A stretch of DNA of 64,000 nucleotides from the human T2T-CHM13v2.0 reference genome, Homo sapiens. Positions 36,691 to 51,152 of the stretch are shown piece by piece. A model generated the notes under the pieces. The model saw only the letters and a list, made by a program, of their open reading frames with translations, did no database searches and was not told the origin of the DNA. Positions within the stretch are counted from its first letter, which is position 1, and each line of letters begins with the position of its first letter. The stretch lies in the NCBI RefSeq assembly GCF_009914755.1, contig NC_060926.1. The stretch is one strand, 5' to 3'. The position numbers were made by a program, and so were the translations under genes.

Positions 36691-39677
36691 TGATATGCCA
36701 TCATAAATCAAAGTTGAATGGTGAGAATGTGTGCTAGACATTCTAGAAAATGTTGACATTTCCTGTCACTAAGAATCATTTATATTAGAGGAATTTTCTA
36801 GCAGTCTAGGAGAGTTATATTGTAATTGATTTGTACTATTGTACACACTTTTCCAATGTGTGGGATGTGTATTATCATCATCCTTGCACAGTGTAGAATA
36901 TAAAATGATTATTAATTGCCACCACTTTGATCTCATGAGCTTCCAGTTATCACCTATGTTCAGAAACAAAAGAGATGCACTAGATGCAATTAACCTAATT
37001 TGAGAAACAGAGAAAACAGGAAATTACTATCGCTTTTTTTCCTGTTTAAACACCCACAGTAACTTCGAAATAGATGTGTATGATAAAATGATATATGACT
37101 TATACATCAATTTCACTTTAGCATTTTGTATGTAAGATATATCTGCCCACAGTAAGTTGCAGATAATATGTGTGAATGTGGTTGTAAGTTGTATCCTTCT
37201 TTGCAAATGTTAGTTGTTACGTCTAAATAGCAATGCCAGACATCAAGCCCCCTTATTCCAGAACAGAGAAAATTTTCTGATGACAGGGAGCAAACTTCTT
37301 CTCTTTTCCCACATACAACCTATAGTAAACATGGCCCAATCATAAAATCAAGGTTATTTCAAAATGGGAAAAAGCTAGGCTAGTACATATGGGGCTACAG
37401 TCCCTAGATTGGACGTATGAGAAGAGGAGCCTCTGTTATCATAGACCAAGAACAGCAGGTGAATCCTAGAACCATTTGGGCCTTTCCATTGAAGCTGAAA
37501 CCATGGAAGATACACCACAGATGTGGTGGAGAGACATATGCTAGCTTCAGTCTTCCTTTGACTATCCAGTCATCCAACAAGGCCTGCCATTTACCAAATC
37601 CTTTCAGAAGCCAGAGGAGAAAGTTCCCCATAAAACCACATGAGCAGGGGATTGGTTTGAGAGCAAACAGACAGTTGACCAGCATAGATGCCAGCAGAGA
37701 AAACTTCACTAAATTATCCAAGGCATCAGATTGCCTCTACTGACACTCTTTATGACTTCTGAATCAGAGGGTGTCTGGCATGCTGCTTCTGACAGCCTGG
37801 GATTTGGTATGCAGATGCACCTATAATCAGATACTTGCTCCTACTTGTCCATGACTGATGCAATGTCAGTTGTTTATCTATCTTACTTTGCCCTGATTTC
37901 AACCACTGCTTACGCAGATCATTCAACACAACAGAGTTTTGACCCAGATCAACAGTGAGGTTCCTAACACTAGAAATGGCAATATTTCGATAGTGCATTA
38001 AAATGTGAAGTTAATCACTAAGGATATTGTATTATGTGTAATTAACTTTTAGAGGTTTTTAAAGATGCAATAAATTATTGTCAGTTAAGGAATCATTATA
38101 AGGCGGTTATTCTTCAGAACATAAATTTTACCTAATACGTAAACTAATTCATTTATCTTAAGATCATTTTAACTCTGAGCAGTAAGACTATCATTGGGTT
38201 ACTATACCATAAATGACAGTAAAATTAAAGTAATGAAGCAAATGGTTTCTTAAGAACATTTTAGTTCCATTTGAATTTTTTTCACTTCTTGAAGAGAAAA
38301 ACTTCATTGTTTCCAAATAGCAAATTTATTCTACATATAGATCAGCACTCATCTATTCAAAATCCAGAATTTGCTATCTACAATGAAAGAAAATATAAAG
38401 GTTTTGCGAAATGTAATTTTTTTAGTTGAGATTATAATTATTGACAGAAAGTTAAGATAGAATAAAAAGACACTAACCTGACTTTTGTTGTTTTTCCAAA
38501 GGGAATTTAATAATCAAATGCATTCTGTCTTGATTCTGCCATTAATAACCAGTTGTGTACCTTCTGTCTACAGGGTTTTTGATAGGTTTCAGAATTCAGG
38601 GTACACTTTTTTTTTTAAATCAGGAACTATCATGATCTAGTGTGACTGCTGAACTGTAAGATGGTGCTCTAAACTCAGTTTTACAGGTAAAGTTGTTAAT
38701 GTAAATTTGCTTTGAGATTTGTACAGTAAACTTTGAATCATATATTCACTTTGAATCTTTACTGTGGTATCTTTTTTATGATTCCCATTTGGCTTGCCTA
38801 CTTAGGCTTTTGTTTTACTAAACAAACTAGGTTTTAAGAAATATCTTACAACTTGTTAAGTACATTTATTTTATTCTTCTAAGACTTTTTAGGGAATTGA
38901 ATAACAAATCTTTTTTAAAGTTTTTTTCTCTATAATTTTGTAGTAAAGAGAAATATAAATTATTTACTGCAAATTATCTTTGTAAAACTTTGAAATAATA
39001 TAAAAGTATAACAAATGTAAAACAAAATTTATCCATAATTTGATTCTTGCCCTTTAACCACTACCAATGGTTTACATATCTCCAAATTGTTTGCATATTC
39101 AAATGTATTAATATAATATTCTATATTACTATACTTGATAATATTTTGTGGCTGTGTCTCCACATTTTTATATAGGCCTCACTCTTTTTAATGTAGGTAC
39201 AGTATTTCATTTTATGAGTTGACTACAGTATATTTAGTCAAATGGACATATGGATTATTATAATTTATTTTTTTCAGTACCAGACAGTGGCTCATGAACA
39301 CCCATGTACACTGGTTCAGGTGCTTCCAGAGGACATACTTCTAAAATTAGAATTATGCAAAATCTATATTCAATTTATAACTTGGTAGATGTTGCTGAAT
39401 TTTCCACTGAAACTTTTCACAAATTTATATGCCTACAACGACATTTAAAGTGCCTAAACCATTTAGCAAACCATGGACCTTACTGCTATGAATTTATCTC
39501 CTATTCAACACTTTTTTCTTCCCCATGCCAACAAAAGTAGAAGAGTACTATGTGGGACAAGAAACTGCTTATAGCTTGCCAAATGTTATATGAAATATCA
39601 TTTATATGAAATCCAAATGTCATTAATTTGAAGATGCACTATTATTTTATGTACTATTCATAAACAAAGAAAGACAC

Positions 39678-39980
39678 GGCCAGGCGTGGTGGCTCACACC
39701 TGTAATCCCAGCACTTTGGGAGGCCGAGGTGAGTGGATCACCTGAGGTCCAGAGTTTGAGACCAGCCTGACCAACTAGGTGAAACCCTGTCTCTACTAAG
39801 AATACAAAAATTAGCTGGGCGTGGTGGCACACGCATGTGGTCCCAGCTACTAGGGAGGCTGAGGCAGGAGAATCACTTGAACTCCGGAGGTGGAGGTTGC
39901 AAGTGAGCTGAGATTGAGCCACTGCACTTCAGCCTGGGTAACAGAACAAGACTCCATCTCGAAAAAAAAAGAAAGAAAAA
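39678..39980 (+). mobile_element. Full-length AluS
   Basis: Complete dimer with A tail; imperfect TSD aaagaaagacac/aaagaaaaacat. Confidence 0.95.
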
Positions 39981-42900
39981 CATAATTACACTGTTATACA
40001 CTATCAGTTATAAGTTTCATCATCATTAGAATCATGTTAAAAGGTAGAAAAACCTGCATGTTAGAATCAAGAAAATATAATAATTTATATTTTGTACCAA
40101 CACACAATACATACATATATATACAAGCACATATAAATGAGAATAGAATTTATATATGTATCCATTGGGCAAATATTTAAGAGGACATGCAATCAGTTGG
40201 GAGGATGATTACTATAGAGATAGCTTTATTAGGTAGGGAGCTTAGAGATTTGCTAGGTTAAATTTTACAAAAAGATACTTTTATGCTGAGCTTATTCTAT
40301 ATTGTTCGGGCTCCTCCAGCAGCTACTTCCAGTCTTGAACTTTATTTACTTTGTGGTAAGTTGAAAAAAAATACAAGAAAATAGTAAATGAGATATGCTA
40401 GAATGCCAACAGTGATTGTTTCTGCATAATGTGGATATGGCCAGTTTTTCTTCTTTTATTTTCTTTTTTATTCAAATTCTTTGCAATCATAATGCTCAAG
40501 ATATATGATAGAAATAATATGTTAGAGTGAGTCCAGTGTCCTGAGGTAATAGATAAAAGCCTAGAGATTAGAGATTGGAATCTGTTTCTGAGTAGGAATG
40601 TGTGGTAAACTTGTCCCTCTCTCTGTAAAAAAGAAAGAGTATGTATCTCTATTCATTAATCAGGAGAAGTGGTATTAAATTGGTGGAAAGTGATATTCTA
40701 TAAAGAAAAAAAAAACGGGGAAGGGAATGGAAAAACAAGCACTGTGGAGCTTTTTTTTTTCCCCCCGCATGTGTATACTGGGCCACTTACCTGAGGATAA
40801 AGTATAGAAGGAGGGTTGCCAGTGAACTTAAAATTGAAAGGTCATAAAGAATAGACTGAGTGAAAACCTGCCCAGACAGAAACTCCCTCCACATATTAAG
40901 AGGGAAGGAAATAAATTGGGTAGATGTTCTCTGGGTTGGATTTCATTGCCTAGATACTGCGTAATCCATGGACAGAGTCCATAAAGTCATGTTTCTTCAG
41001 GGATTTGTCTAAGCAAGGCCACAAAGAAAGAAAGCCATGGTAAAATTATAGATTATACAGCTATTGAGTATACTTTATTCTAAGATAATTATATCTTATA
41101 ATGCATTAGAAAAACTTTCTTCATGACATATATGTAAAATTTTAAGCCCTACAAAATTTTAGTAAAAGTAAAAAATTAACATTTAGTCTGTTGATCAGCT
41201 TTTTAGGAAGAATGGGATTTTAGTAAGCAGAGAATACAGAGAAGCATATGGGTGAAGGAAAGTGAAAACACAAAGGTCAGAATGTTTCTGGTTTGCTTGG
41301 GGGTACTTCGCAAACTCCAGGCTATCTGGAGAACATAACACAAAAAAGAGTATAGTGGGATACAAGGCTGGAAAATTACATTTAGGTCAAATTAAGAAGA
41401 TTCTTGAATACTATTATATTTAGATTTTTATAATGCAGACATTAAAGAGCCACTGAAATTATTGAATAATGAAAATACAAGTTCTGATCTTGTTGAATAC
41501 ATGAAGCAAACTCAACCAGGCATGCTTAGGTTGAATCCAGTAACTTCTAATAGAGAAGAATATAAAATTACCACAACCGAAGCAGTTACCATGGGAGTAG
41601 CTAAAATTAAGCACCAGATTGAATTTGGGCAGGTAGAGAGCTAGAGATGAAATAATTCTAGTGTTTCTACATTCAGAAGATGTAATACTTGTCTAACATG
41701 TTATGAAACATTATAGAATAAATTCTACTTATAATAGTTGTAATTTTTGTAAATTTTGGTGGCTTTTATTCATTGTGGCTTTACTTAGAAAAATATCTGA
41801 ATATAAAGAGGAAATTGTAGACTATGTCCATGGGTTAGCCAGCATCCAGGCAAACGAGTTTGAAGTGGAAGATGAAGATAGAGCTCAAGTTTTGAGAAGA
41901 TAGAATATTTTAATTATGACATTGTTTAATGAATGTAAAATGTTATTGTGACTCTGTTCTCCCGTAACCCTTGTGCAGGTCTCTGTCTTAGCACGTAACA
42001 CAGGCATTGAAGTCACCTATTTATTTATCTTCTTCCCTATTTGACAAAAACACCTATAAAGGACAAACTTACACTTTTATTATTCTCATACTCCCAGTAC
42101 CTATGGTAGTCCCGTGTAGGAGACACTCAATGTTTGCTGAAATGAACTGAAATTAGGAAGTACACAGATCTGTACCTTAGGTCATAAGATAAAGTTGAAA
42201 ATATAGGTGTATATGTCCTTCAATTAGTTATAAGATCCAAAGACAAAAAATATGTATAATTATGTTTGAATTTTCAAGTGCTATATATGTTATTTCAAAG
42301 AAACTTAGAATAAAATTTGTTAAATGAAGATATGTCAGATCAAGGTTACAGACTTTAGCTTCATTAAAAATGATCAATAACAAAATGTATACAAATAGTA
42401 CTCATTTTTTGACTATAAACCTCGGATGAAAATAGGTCGTCATCATCATCATTGAAAACAACCTCAAAAATTAATACTTTGTGCTTTAATTGTGTGCTCA
42501 ACAACTGGGTTAAGAATTTTATGTCTCATTACAGTTTTCCAAAAGTTTTGAGATACTTCTTGCCACATAGAACAAATGAGGAACCTGAAGCCAAGCGAAA
42601 TTTTGTGATCTTTTTTTCAAGGCCACAGACTGAGTCAGCAAATAGCAGAACTGGAATTAAAAACCACATCTTTCTTTCTATAACGTCAATGCTCTCAACC
42701 ACTAAGATATGTCATTCTGAAAACTAACTAGAAAATTAAGAAAATAATACCTGAGCAAAACTATTTTAATAATTTTATCAGATAAAAATAAAATTGTCAC
42801 AACTTCTCCTTTAGAACTGATGTCCAAATTCCCTCTTTTCTGAAGCTCAGGTTCAGAACATGCTAAATGTACCATAGTCCACAGTTACAAACATGAAGTT

Positions 42901-43186
42901 GAAGTTTCCTAAGTTTGAACAGGAGAAAGAGTTCTAATCAAAATATGTCATCATACAAGGAGGCTAGAAACAAATCTTGGTGCAACAGTGCTGATTCAAA
43001 CAGTATTTAGAGAGCTTGAACATTTGAAAGTAACAAGTATTGAGTTGGCATGGTCAACAGGGACTGATTCTAGAAACAACCACACCAAAGTTCCAGTCTT
43101 GCATCCATGTGATCATATCTGCACTGGTCACTCAGATCCATGTAATGCACTGGTCAATCAGATCCATGTAGTGGTATTAGATATAA

Positions 43187-43609
<423 letters not shown>

Positions 43610-45006
43610 TAATTTCATTTCTGCAAAGATTTTCCATTACTCAAATAGAAAAAAGGTAGAGAATTACACACAACTTAGAGTAGCTCAAGTTTGTCTAAGC
43701 TATTTCTACCACATTACTAAGCTGCCCTACACCAGTCACTATTAAATTCATATTACAATAAGGATTTTTCTTTTTTTTAAGCAAAAGAAGTCTTATCAAA
43801 TTAGTATTATTTATTAGTTTGTAGCTTGCATAGTATTAACTTGTAAACAATTTTTGGTTTATAGTTGTATAATGATCATAATGAATTTATTCCTACTATG
43901 TTACTGGTTCATACAAAATGAAAGTTATTTTAAGTAATTTGGCTTACAAATTGGAAGTCTGTGATTTTTTTTCCTTTTAAAGATATCTATATATTATTCA
44001 AGCTTGAGAAACACTTCTCTGGAGGACTTTTATGACTGGGGCAACAAATTATCTTGTGTTAAGACTAAAGATGGTCCAGGAAGAAAGGGATTAGAAAAGT
44101 AGACAGTGGTCATCTAGGGTGACTGCATTTTGATGGCAGTGATTTTGGCAGAGATGAAGTGCCACATTTTTGTTTCTCATCAGCATTCCTGTCAGGAAGT
44201 AGAAAACTTGCTGGGTGCTGTCCAAAACTTGTTATCTATTTTTGGAAAGCCAACTTGTCAGAAAATCAGAATATGAGGCTCCAGATTTACTATGCAGGCA
44301 TCTTTAGATTATGAGGGATGTTCCTGTGCTTCTTGGTCTTAGAACACATTATGAAAGTCAAGATACTTCTTTAGAACTATGAAAGTGGACTGTGGATGAA
44401 GTGGGTTTTTTTTGTTTGTTTGTTCGTTTTTTAAGAACTGTAAACAGTGCTTGTGATGGCCTGTGGTATGCAGCTGGATGTGGAACTCTTTAGCCGGTGA
44501 GGGAGAGTTTCTCTCCAGAAAGTTCTCATGGTTTCAGTATTCCTCTACATGCAATCACACGTTCAACAAGAGGCGAGATAATAACAAGGAGATAATAACA
44601 ATCTCATGCAGATTTATAAATTGATTATATCAGTGATTGTGTTTGGCTGTCCATTAGGCCCTTTGTGAACATAACACCTGTTTCAGAAGGCTAGTGATAA
44701 CAAAAATCTTTTAAAAATGTATTTATGTATGCATAGATTTTATTTTCTATTTTTTCCACATAAATGGAATGTATGTCTGGAGGTCATACATTGAATACAT
44801 TCAGGAGAGGGATAGAGTTTCAAGTAGCAAAAGGATCTTCAGGATGTCATCCAATTACTTTCCCTGGACCTGGAGGCTGGCAGGAGGCAATGTGGAACTG
44901 GGTCAGGTATATAGGAGTTCCCTTTCTCAGTCAGTGGCCAAATACTAGAATTGGGTTGGCAGTAGCTTTTTAAGTCTACCTGAATTTTCTTCCCCCCAGA
45001 ATATCA

Positions 45007-45389
<383 letters not shown>

Positions 45390-45551
45390 TCAGGAAAAAA
45401 ATGACTTTTTTTCCATGAATAGTTAGGTCCGGTCAAAAGACTCACAACTAGCACGAACTCCTGAGAATATTCATTTTTCTTTGCTAGTTAGACATTTACA
45501 AGTGAGGTGCAGTGAGAAGACTATGTTTACTATGCATGTAAATATTAAAAC

Positions 45552-45557
45552 TTTATT
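45552..45557 (-). terminator. TFPI: Candidate AATAAA polyA signal for TFPI-beta
   Basis: AATAAA ~67 nt after the beta stop codon. Confidence 0.6.
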
Positions 45558-45623
45558 AGCAGTATGCTATCAAAGGCATCACGTATACATATAAATATTA
45601 AGGAAATGCCAAAAGCACAAATA

Positions 45624-45751
45624 TTAACATAGGCATGAAATGCTATCCAATCCTAGAAAGAACATGGATGCATGAATGCAGAAGGCGTTCAGAAAGACTT
45701 GGTAAATATGAGCCGCATTCTTCCAACCATCATTTGTTCCTTCTTTTGTAA
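45624..45751 (-). CDS. TFPI: TFPI-beta alternative terminal exon (GPI-anchor signal); absent from the ORF track
   Basis: Acceptor GATCCACAG|; translates (V)TKEGTNDGWKNAAHIYQVFLNAFCIHASMFFLGLDSISCLC* (42 aa), the known beta C-terminus. Confidence 0.97.
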
Positions 45752-46491
45752 CTGTGGATCACAAAATTGATAAATAAAAAATGTGAGTCATCTTTATATG
45801 TTTAACACTGTGGTCAATGCTGAGGGTGGGGGAAGTCTATAAACTGTATAGTACATTATGTTTTTCTTCAAAAAAATCTTGTAATCTAGACAGTGAGGCA
45901 GAGCAAACACAATATCTAATAGTACAAATATTGAAGGAATCATAGTAAGAAGCCAGGGGAGAGAGACAGAAAGAAGGCCTCCTTATGGTAGTGAAAAGGC
46001 AGATTGGTTAAGAAGATTAGGAGGGTCAGTCAATTTTAGGTGGGGAAAATAACATAAAACATCCTTTAGAATAAGAGTGAGTAATTTGTGTTTAATGATA
46101 ATGAAAAGGCCAATTTGAATGGACGGAAAAAAGTTATATTTAAGGGACAGAAAATATCTGCAATAGATAGAGGACTAGTGGACAATGCAGACAAATTTTA
46201 GGCAAGTGGATGAAGCTAAATTACCACATGATCGATGACTAGAAATAGGACAGTGATGTCAAAAAGGTCATGTATAATTTGTTACATATGACTGTTCCTT
46301 TTTGTCTCTCTCTCTCTAATATGCTTTAGTTTACTTATGTTAGATATATAATTACATTATGTGTTATATACAATATCTGAGTCATATCTGAGCTTTCTGA
46401 TATCTATTTATTTATCTATTTGTCTCATGTCTATACAGCCTGGTTTGCCTAAGCCCCTATTAGTTTATGCTTATTTTGGGGGGATATCACG

Positions 46492-46495
<4 letters not shown>

Positions 46496-46526
<31 letters not shown>
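46496..46526. repeat. (TA)n microsatellite
   Basis: Directly visible. Confidence 0.95.
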
Positions 46527-46529
<3 letters not shown>

Positions 46530-47259
46530 TTAAAAATACTGAAATACTTTTAAATATAAAACTATTTTTGTAGAGTCACCAAAACGACAATTCCATTTTT
46601 AAGTCAATGCATACATATATTTAAAATAGACATATACCTTAATTTTTTAGCACCCTCTTTAACTATCATTAGTGTTCCAAATTGGATGACATGATTGTTT
46701 AGGGAATCTAACCATGAAGGATTGATGATCTGAATGAAATAAATAGGAATGAAAATGGAAGAGAGAGAAATAAACATTTCATAAAAAGCAATGAAATTTA
46801 ATGAATGACTGGAAGAATATAAGTGATACAAAGAAAATTACTAATCATTCAAATTGGAATAACCAGAAAAACAGTAGAAGAACTCAAAAAGTTCGGAAAG
46901 TTGGAAATGTCGAAAAGATAAAGAACAATTATACAAATAAACATCTTTTGACCTTGAAGCCCCATGATACTCCTCTGTGACAATAATCTCAACTTGTTTC
47001 TAATGAACACATTCAAACTCTTCGAGTTTCCATATATGCATTAATTTAATTCTAGTATGAATTCTTCTTAAAATATTAGTCATGATTTTGAGACTGTATA
47101 TTTACTGATGCATTTATCTGAATAACCAGAGACTTTATGAGTGTCTGAAATATAAATTTCTTCTGCAAATGGGAACTTACAAAGAAGTTGTTTAACAAAT
47201 GAGAATCTAAGGCCTGGTGAGTTAAGTGTATTACTCTGAATCACATGGATAATAATAAT

Positions 47260-47490
47260 GAGTAACCCTACACGAACTGACTAGATATCAGGCACTGTCC
47301 TAAGAAAGTTATGTATTTTGACTGATTTAACCTCACAACACAACCTATCAACTTAGTACTATAATATTACCATCCTCATTTTACATTGGAAAGATGAAAC
47401 TCAGGTTAAGAAATATCTTAGGGTCACACAGCTATTAGTTGAAGAGTTGGGAATTTAACGCATGTCTTCAGGCTCAAAGGTTTTTTATCT
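47260..47490. mobile_element. MIR
   Basis: 'caggcactgtcctaag...tttaacctcacaacacaacctat...cctcattttaca...gaaactcaggttaag...gggtcacacagcta'. Confidence 0.7.
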
Positions 47491-48567
47491 GCTATATCAT
47501 TATTTCAATCATGGGGGAAATCAAGAAGAACCAGTTGTGATGGCTTTCAGTTCTAGCGTTTATGCGCAAAATTGCACACATTTAGGGAAATTGCTTTAGA
47601 AATATTTCAGGTGGAGAGAACACACATTTATTTTAACTACATGGATATACTCAACACAGCCAATCAAACTGAAATAATGCACTCACGCTCAGGGATATGC
47701 TTACAAATCATTATTTAAAATCTCTTTAAGGAAGAGTAAGACTGTCTTTGAGATTACCTAAATAACTTGTTAATATTGAAATGTGGAAATAAAAAGAAAA
47801 ATTACACCGGAATTGTGCTTAGTAAGTATTCAAGTATCTCGAATCAAGAAAGCTTACTGGAAAAATATATCTTGAAAGCCATTTACAACATTCCAGTAAT
47901 TAAAAATAAATAGCAATTTTTAAAAAGTCATATTATGATAATGTTTAACTAAACTTCTAAAATGCTTCCATAATATCATGAAGAAAAACATTAAAATTAT
48001 ATTTATAAATATTTCACTTAATAATAATTGAATTTTAGAATATTCAAATACTCTACTTAAAGATTGTTATTTAGTGGAAAGAATTTAAAGACTGGTATTC
48101 CATTTATGTTGTGGGGCAGATTATTATTCCTGTACATTGAATTGAAACTTTAAAGGATTTACAGCTTTTCAAAATAACCTGATACCACAGAGAACTTTAC
48201 ACGTTTGATAAAACCCTTGAAAAACAAAGTTTTATGTAAACAAAGAATTGCATTTTCTTAAACTACAATAGAATGTATTAATATAATTGTAAGCAGTGAC
48301 AGATGTAATTATATTTGATTGGGGAAATTAAGAGGTGTCTGTAGATCTCAGCAAACCCCTCAGACAGAAGTGACAAGGGGTCATCTAGGTTTTAGAACAG
48401 AGTACAGGGACATCTGCATTCCCACTTCCGCATCTTGGCTGGGGCAGATTCGAAATCACGTAGGTTTTAAGAAGAATGGCAACATAGCTTCATTGACAAT
48501 CCACCTTATGCCATCCTTAATATCAAATGTCTCCTAGTTACTGCAACATTGTTTCATGTTTTAGATT

Positions 48568-48622
48568 AGGAAGGAAGAAAGGGAGGGAAGGGAGGGGAGG
48601 GGCGGGGAAGGGAAGGGAAGGA
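48568..48622. repeat. Polypurine (GGAAG/GGGGA)n tract
   Basis: Directly visible. Confidence 0.9.
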
Positions 48623-51059
48623 AATGCTCTTAGAAAAAGGAAAAGGGGTCAAATTGGCCGGAGGAATGTTGATTTTGAGGCCAATATATACAATCAAAAA
48701 TAAAACAGTTTTTTAGACAAATAAAGGAGACATTTGCCCTAATTTTAAATGCAGTTACGATAACATTATTCCTTAAATGTCTATTATTCTGAATAAATTA
48801 TTGTTAATATTGTTTTCTTTTAAATTCATGTTGTCAATTCTTACTGCTTAGTTAATAATTTACTTTTACAAGCATTTATTTATTTGTTACAATTTTCAAT
48901 GTGCATCTACACAATAAACTAAAGAAGACATATCAGAGGCCATTTAAAACTCATTAATATTACTTTCTCACACTAATTTTTATTTTGCCCTTTCTAACTT
49001 GGTAGTATGCTTACCAAAAATTTTAAATTTTATACTTCAAAAAAACTTAAGGCAAAATTATTCCCTAACCTACTCTACTCACTTTAATGATAAATGACTG
49101 CAGATCTCCACTTGAATTGGTAAAATAATTCAAACAAAAGTATTCAAGCATGTTGCAAACTGATTTCATACATTTCTTGTACTTACTGATATACTGTGTC
49201 ACATGTATATTTAAACCTGTTAATTTAGTCATTCTAAATTTTCTTTTACAGCAGTAAGATTTAACGTGCTTTTGAAAATATAATAACTGAATAAAACAAA
49301 ATACGAGTGAAAAATACAAAGCTGGAAAGACATAAAGAAATAATGCAACGATAGTACTTAATTTTTCAGATAAGTCAGAATCACAAAAGTATTAATTTTT
49401 ACGAACGAAGTAGTATTTAAAAATTAGACTCAAGTTCATCTGGCATTCAATTCACTGCTCTACCTATTGAATGTAAGGACCTGAAGTCATTTTGAATATA
49501 TCGTATTTTCCAACTCCCACTGAAAGTTTGCATCCCCTTAATGACCTCTTAAGTGTTAATTGCACACTTATTGAATGCCTACAATTTAGGGAATTTATTA
49601 ATACCTGAGACAGCCATCAATTTTTTAAGATCTCACATAAGAAAGAAACATATTATAGAAAGGCATTTATACTTTAGTTCTCACACATTAATCCTCATGC
49701 TTAGGCTGGGTTGAGGGGGATAAGGGAGGATGGGGATGGGGGTCTGGGGAGGGTGTGAAATAGGCAGGACTAAAGGGTAAGTCATGTAGAGAACTTAATT
49801 CTCCTTTCACATAATAGTGTTTCAGTTATTAAAAGCACATATTATGCTCCCTCGTAGATCTCATGTCTCTTTACACTTTTCATTTCCTCTTTAATCATGT
49901 TTCAAATCCTCCTTGTGATTTCCAAGGTGTGACATTCAGTGCTGAAGCAAGACCCACAAATGATTAGATCACTGTGGGACTCAGCTGAACATTCACAGAC
50001 TCTTTCTAGAAAAGTCGGAGTCAACATTTTAATGCTTCAAATCCACGTGGGCAGGGATTTTGTTTGCGTTCTGTTGGCTTGCTTGCTTAGTTGTTCGTTT
50101 GTTTGTTTGTTGTAAAGAGGAGTAGCTCAAAGCCAATCTGATTCTGATAAATGGCCAAGGTAGAGAATTCCTGGCCCAAACACTGTTTCTTTTTTTTTTA
50201 TTATTATTTTAATCCTAAGATTGCAATTTTAATAGTTACAGAATTCTTCACACTCAGGCTAAGTTTATATATAAACATGCCAAGTTTACCTTTGACATGT
50301 TCACATGGACTACTTCTAAACAAAATCTTCAATATCTGAATAAGAATATGTGATTTTTATAATTTAGCTAGGATCTAACAATTTTACACTGGTAATTTTT
50401 AGCTGTTTATGTTATTTCTAACTGCCCAGATATTTGTGGTTCCTGATTATGTTTTCCAGTATTTTCACTATTTTCTCAGCTCTGCATTTTGTGGAAATAT
50501 TTCCTGTATATTCGTTTAAATCTGATAAATAGGTTAACAGACAAGAACATAAAAAAGAGTCCTGCAGAATTCAAAAGAAAATTCCCTCCAGAGTGACATA
50601 ACATTTAGGCATGGTTATTCAATCAATTTCTAATCTGTCCTGTGAGTAACACCAGAGACCTTGCCTAGTGTCATACTGACTTTAAAAGCACTTTAGACTG
50701 CCTTTGATGCACTGCTGTGCCAGTACAATGATTTACCATCTTACACTGAGGCTGATAATTCCTAGCACCATTTTACAAAATAAATTTGGCATAGAGTTAA
50801 ATATCATATGAAAGTTTTTCATGTGATACATAATCAAAAGCTTACTTCAAAGCATACTTTAAAATAGATTAGGAAAATGGTTGCTTTTATGAGATTAAAT
50901 GTCTTAAACAATTTGAATCTCAGTATTTCAACAAACACATTATTAAGCAACAACGCAGGTATATATATATATTTAAAGACATACTTCTAATACACAATCC
51001 ACTTCATTGTTAGCATGATAATAGTTTCCTGGAAGCAATAAAATCCACAAGATTCTTAC

Positions 51060-51152
51060 CAAAAAGGCTGGGAACCTTGGTTGATTGCGGAGTCAGGGAG
51101 TTATTCACAGCATTGAGCTGGGTTCCATAATTATCCACCTGGAAACCATTCG
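51060..51152 (-). CDS. TFPI: TFPI K2-K3 linker exon (93 nt), last exon shared by alpha and beta
   Basis: TTTTCCAG|...|GTAAGA; (P)NGFQVDNYGTQLNAVNNSLTPQSTKVPSLF; N-glycan sequon NNS; Pro151 allele (C|CG). Confidence 0.98.
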
